The position numbers were made by a program, and so were the translations under genes. A stretch of DNA of 42,074 nt from Octopus bimaculoides. Its lineage: Eukaryota. Shown here piece after piece: positions 37,106 to 42,074 of the stretch (the first letter of the stretch is position 1; each line of letters starts with the position of its first letter). The DNA lies in assembly GCF_001194135.2 (NCBI RefSeq), contig NC_068984.1, positions 29,835,318-29,877,391 of the forward strand, written 5' to 3'. Under the pieces are notes generated by a model. That model ran no database searches. It saw only the letters and a list, made by a program, of their open reading frames with translations, and was not told the origin of the DNA.

Positions 37106-37909
37106 ACACTTTGGCCAACATTTTGAAATCTGCGTTCATCAGCTTTATAGGCTTAAAATATTCTATTTAATCCTCCTCGCCTTTCTTATGGTTATACTTT
37201 TGTTCCAATGAAATGAATATTTGAGTCAAGCTGTAATAAACAAGATTTCCTTCAGTCGAAAGAGATCGGCTTATATTTCATGTATCAGTTTTAAATTTAT
37301 TCCGAAATTGAAGTGGTACTGAAAGTGATTTTTCTTTGTTTTAGCTAAAATAAGGGTTGTTTTTATGCTTGTCGTCACGGATATTGAACATCTTTGTTCA
37401 AAACATTTAACATTGAACTTTAAAAATTCTATTGCATATTTTAAAACACGCTCTTACAATGAAAATGTTGTGCATTATATATATATTCGAGTACTGTGTA
37501 ACTTCGAATATAGCATGAACTCTCTCTTACATGTTTAAATAAAATTGAGCAATATAATTTATACTGTTTTGTAGTCGGTAGCATAGAAGCTATTAAAGGT
37601 CGTTTTCACTACAGATTTAATAAAACATGCCATCATTCATGACAGAAGATTTATCACTTAAATTGAACAAAGTCCAGTTTAGCATCTGGTGCAAAATAGC
37701 TCCACCCGTTATTATCGATGTAGTGTTTCTTTACTAGTTAGAAAATCGGACATGACATTAGTGTTTCCCACGCAAGAAGCAAGCAAGATTCTTCTGCATT
37801 AGAAGCAGCATTGCATTAAAACTCAATCTGTCTAGTATGCAACACAGGGAAATCAAATAGTTGATAAACATGAACAAAAGAAGAACTGCTGTGTATTTTT
37901 GCAGCAGTT

Positions 37910-37949
<40 letters not shown>

Positions 37950-38958
37950 GTTGTGCATGTGTGTAAGTATGTAAACTCGCATAACTTCTAAAGTACAGAA
38001 CTGATTTCTCCGAACTGGGAACATACATTACTTATGATTCAACGATGGTTTTAGACTCTTAACATCTTTAACATAATGAGTAATGGGCCCTTTGGGAGCA
38101 GAAAATATCCTTTCTGTGAGGTAACACTTTGCGAAGTAACTTTTAGAAATTGATTGTCTCCCTTACATCCAGCGTGATTAATCCGCTGAACGTTATTCAT
38201 CTTTGCGGAATAATGTTTTTTAATTACAATTAGTTATTACTATAACAGTGTCATCGCAGTTCATTGTAGGTATTTAAAAAAAAAATTGCTATGATATTGA
38301 TATTATTTGCCTTTTTTATTGTCATTTCATTACTAACGTACAACTGTCGTCTCATTTTATTGCATCATATTTCTTGACATAATGTCTCCAAAGAGGTGAT
38401 CCTCTATTGGTCGTAAAATTATCACAATTTCAATTGGCTGTATGAAAGAGCAATAATGTCTCCAAAAAAGCCAGTACTTTGAGCAAAATTAATGGGCAGG
38501 TACCGCAGTACTTTCCTGGAAGTCCTCACATCTATAAGTCAGTTGGTACAATCGTAGATCCAGAAGAGATGGTAAATTATCCAACAGAATTTCTCAATTC
38601 ATTGGAGCCTCCAGGTCTACCTTCCCCACTCAGATTGGGACTTAAAGTGGGAAGTCCAGTAATGTTATGGAGGAATTTGGATTCACCAACACCCTGCAAT
38701 GGGAAACGCCTGGAGGTAAGGAAGATGATGCCACATGTTACTGAGGGTGCCATTGTCCCTGGATGTGAAAAAGGAGAGGATGTTTTCATACCCAGGATTC
38801 TTTTCATTCCATGGGAGCAGAAGTTCCTTTTTCATTCAGAAGAGTGCAGTTTCGTATTCGTTTAAGCTTTGCAATGCCTGTTCTATATTTAAGAGATGAG
38901 GAATTATGTACATTATTTACATTTGACAGATATTTGTCCGCTTCTTGTTTGTTGTTAA

Positions 38959-39002
38959 CACAACGTTTCGGCTGATATACCCTCCAGCCGTCATAATGTG
39001 TC
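38959..39002 (-). ncRNA. Minimal type I hammerhead ribozyme-like motif, core mutated in this copy
   Basis: Minus strand gacac-attatga-c-ggctg(gagggtatat)cagcc-gaa-acgt-t-gtgtt. Helix I gacac/gtgtt, helix II ggctg/cagcc, GAAA, palindromic ACGU helix III. Core AUUAUGA differs from CUGAUGA at two positions. Confidence 0.7.
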
Positions 39003-39048
39003 TTGGGAAATTTTAAACCTGGGTTCTCATTCTTAAGTTATTTTTCGA

Positions 39049-39114
<66 letters not shown>

Positions 39115-39115
39115 T

Positions 39116-39189
39116 CAGGTCACTGCCTAGAATCGAACTCGGAATCTTGGGGTTCGTAGCCCGCGCTCTTAACCACTACGCCATATGCC
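39116..39189 (-). pseudogene. tRNA-derived head (Arg-ACG-like loop) of the HHR element
   Basis: ggcatatggcgtagtggttaagagcgcggg-ctacgaa-ccccaagattccgagttcgattctaggcagtgacc; the acceptor stem does not pair, so it is not a functional tRNA. Confidence 0.7.
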
Positions 39190-39889
39190 TCAAATGTAAA
39201 TAATGTAAATAATGATTGCAATGTCTATCACTAAATCCCAGGGTCAAACACTCTCTGTGGAAATTAAATGCTTGCTGCTCTAGAGTGGGAAACAAAAAAA
39301 AATCTATTTCCATTGTTCCACAAGGGAATACAAAGAATATTGTTTACCAAGTGGTTTTGTGGGAATTATTACATCCTACGATGTACTCCAGTATCCACTG
39401 CTCTTTGTGACTGGTGAAAATGGATACCATTTCGGCATAATACCAACAAACCCGAAGACTGCACCAGCAAAGCAGTTAACTGCATGGACTTCAGTGTCAA
39501 AGCACATTCTCCAGTTACTTCCACGAACCATGCAGTAAGTCATTATGCCTTATTTTTTCAAGTAGTTGATTACTCCATATTCTCATATGACTGCATAGAA
39601 TGTACCCATATGCGTACAATATCTCCATTACCTCTACATTCATTTGACTGTCAACCATACGATAGGTCGTGTTAGACGCACCGCCGACCGCTGCAAAAGA
39701 GTGTATAGCCACTGACAGCTTTTCAGTACGTTCAAAAATAACATACTCCCACAACCAATGTTCCATGACATGTCACTTAGTTGAATTAGCCCATCATTTA
39801 CTCCACAAATGTTTTGTCTTCAATGCTGCACTTTCCCGTATCACATGTTTTAATATAACTGTAATATAAATATATATAAAAACTATGCC

Positions 39890-39984
39890 NNNNNNNNNNN
39901 NNNNNNNNNNNNNNNNNNNNNNNNNNNNNNNNNNNNNNNNNNNNNNNNNNNNNNNNNNNNNNNNNNNNNNNNNNNNNNNNNNNN
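39890..39984. other. Assembly gap (N run)
   Basis: N characters. Confidence 0.99.
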
Positions 39985-40139
39985 ATATATATATATATAC
40001 AAACTATGCCATCTTAATCCCAAGCAACGCTGGATATCTCTGCAAGTAATCTATCAAAGATCCGGGGTAACAAGCAATTGTGAGGAGAATGGAAAGACAA
40101 GAATCCACATTGCCAAAATAACAACTGCTAAGCTGAAAA

Positions 40140-40720
40140 CAGGCTGACAAGATGTTCCGATAATACGCAGTAAAAAAGAGCGCATTACTTAACCAATTTC
40201 TTAGAAGACTGAATAAAGCATGACTGGATAAAAAACATATCCCAGCTGTAGCGAAGAACAGGGTTCAAATCTGAAACCGAACCGTTTGTGATATATACAA
40301 AATGTCAAAGTCTTTCTGAAAAGATAATGATGCTGAGTATAAAACTTAACTGCAGAATCAGTAAAACTACCGAAGACAATATATAGCATTGCTTCTAGTT
40401 TCCTACTCTTAACCAATCAGAACACGTATACCACTATAGCGTAGTAGGAGCTTCTGTACAGTGGATATTATATTCACTTAAAAAATACCAACGAATGTTC
40501 TGATGATACTTCACAGATAGCCTCAGATAATCGAAATGGGACCGTAGAGGGAATTCCAATAGGCACAGACAGAAAGACTAATCAATCAAATATTGTTGTC
40601 AGGATTATTCAAGCAAGTAACTATCTCTAGAATTGTCTCATTCATAACAAATGAGAACGCCCCTCCAAGTCAAATGATGAAACTAAACTGGAAAAGCGAT
40701 AACAACAATATAGAGGGAGG
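40140..40720 (+). mobile_element. R4/Dong-like (RLE) LINE 3' ORF remnant
   Basis: KSALLNQFLRRL..LDKK, GFKSETEPFVI...QSL, CRISKTTEDNI*HCF*FPTL..SEHVYHYSVVGASVQWIL (decayed CCHC knuckle), PIGTDRKTNQSNIVVR (decayed RPDIV endonuclease region). Confidence 0.6.
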
Positions 40721-42074
40721 AAAAGAATAAAGAATATTGCTGATGAAGATTCCATATATATTGCAGATAATCTTCAATATAATAGAAACCTGAAGCATTG
40801 CACTTTCCCAAAGCTCAGAACGCAGTGCAAGTTTGTGCCATGAAAGCAGTTAAAAAAAAATAAGGACAATGAAACAATAACAATATTTATTTATATATAA
40901 ATAAATATTCAGTGCCTGTGACCGAAGGGGAGATAAGTCTGGAAAGAGGGCACTGTGAACTAATCTAGGTATATTTATACCATTGTCAACAGTGAGCAAT
41001 TTTCTCCTTAACAAAATTTAACCGTGAATGGCTTGTGTATAAGTCCAAATATGCCACAAGCATATTTGAACTTGGAGTAGCATACTATTTACACACATGA
41101 CTTCTTCATGCTCCTACTTCATAATTTATTTATATCTATTGTAAATGATGTTTTTTAACTTTTATTAAAGTCAATATAAAAAGTTACCCCTTGCCATATG
41201 ATTATATATTTACGTGGTTATATAATTACTACGCAGAAACACATGATTGTAGAATGGAAACTTCTGCATAAAAAGATTGTCGATGAAATACTCCAAGTAC
41301 ATATAACTATGGAAGAATATTTATATAGACTGGATAATCAATTCGTAAAATATGCTAGAAATTAACCAACATATTTAGGAATTTGTGTGAGAGTGAATAC
41401 TTTAAATATACATTGTCATTAGGAAGTCTCTCAACATATTCGATATTTTCATTATAGCGATGCAATAAAAGCCAACTCTTTCTGTCAATGACTTATAACA
41501 ACAAATTTTGTGTTGATAAAAAAATACGAAAAACAAAATTGACTTTACAAACCGCTTTCATTGTAGCACAGATAGGCAAAACAAACAGTACGTGGACATT
41601 CTATAAAATCTTTAATGGAGATTATGATAGATTTAAAATGTTTTAGGAAAAGTTATCATATCATTATATTACATTCTAAGCTTTGGAGGAAGTGTATTAC
41701 TTCTACTGTGCCAATGAATGGTGACAGCAAATGCGTTTAAGACGAATTTAATAGTACACGTGGAAATACTGATGAGCTGGGATTAAAACTGAATGTATAG
41801 AACCACAAAACATTTATTACTGAAAATCTAAAACTATTTCGTAGTTTAATTTTAAAATAAAAATTGTGCGCACGCACATATGTACACACTCACATCGTAT
41901 CTGTATGTTCCAGCGTATCTGAGTTTAATAGAGAAGGAAAGGGAGTGAATGAGAGGAAGAGAGAACGAGCTACGACGTGGGAAGACAGAAGTTGGTGGGC
42001 ATAAACACATACTTTTGCAGTTATCACCATAGCTATATTTTGGGTGAAGCTTAACTTTATACGCATTGAATATA

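Larger units (their letters stand above)
38877..39215 (-). mobile_element. tRNA-headed, hammerhead-bearing non-autonomous retroelement with 8-bp TSD (ttgcaatg)
   Basis: TSD at 38869-38876 and 39216-39223; perfect A-box tggcgtagtgg (39183-39173); B-box gttcgattc (39138-39130); (AAT)n; HHR-like fold; helicase homology stops before and resumes after the insert. Confidence 0.85.
38400..40047 (+). mobile_element. Helitron 3' portion: PIF1-like helicase pseudogene, 3' region and terminal hairpin; interrupted at 38877-39215
   Basis: WLYERAIMSPK, YPTEFLNSLEPPGLP, LKVGSPVMLWRNL, CNGKRL, GEDVFIPRI, FRRVQFRIRLSFAM, resuming at AMSITKSQGQTL, CSRVG, TKNIVYQVVL. Candidate 3' end ccaagcaacgctgg...ctctgcaagt (degenerate hairpin plus CTAGT-like end, 40019-40047). 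Confidence 0.88.

Noticed and set aside
39116-39189. Functional tRNA-Arg(ACG) gene
   Set aside because: The acceptor stem and outer anticodon stem do not pair, and it is embedded in a TSD-bounded insert; treated as a SINE head.
39880-40010. aactatgcc repeated on both sides of the (AT)n gap, resembling a TSD
   Set aside because: It flanks an assembly gap, so a contig-overlap artefact is at least as likely.
40500-41775. Other CTGATGA motifs (40500, 40740, 41769) as hammerheads
   Set aside because: None has a helix II closing directly onto GAAA, and no helix I/III pairing was found.

Overview
AT-rich, microsatellite-dense eukaryotic DNA with five assembly gaps. The repeat families look to me like octopus/cephalopod (recognition from memory, not verified by a search). 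I find no supportable intact protein-coding gene, rRNA, true tRNA gene or CRISPR array; the supplied ORFs are microsatellite artefacts or decayed transposon frames. The window consists mostly of decayed transposable elements: three tRNA-derived SINE families (here A, B, C), CR1-, Tx1/L1- and R4/Dong-like LINE fragments, mariner remnants, Helitron Rep and PIF1-helicase fragments, and a possible Penelope fossil. Main finding: a 339-bp insert (38877-39215) with an 8-bp target-site duplication splits the Helitron helicase motif FAM|SITKSQGQ. On the minus strand it reads tRNA-like Pol III head, (AAT)n, then a minimal type I hammerhead-ribozyme fold of the Penelope type. It looks like a SINE/retrozyme hybrid that moved as one unit. 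Also notable: two SINE-LINE 3'-tail matches are visible inside the window (SINE A variant with the Tx1/L1-like LINE; SINE B with the CR1-like LINE), and SINE A and B share a hairpin cassette just before their interchangeable tails.
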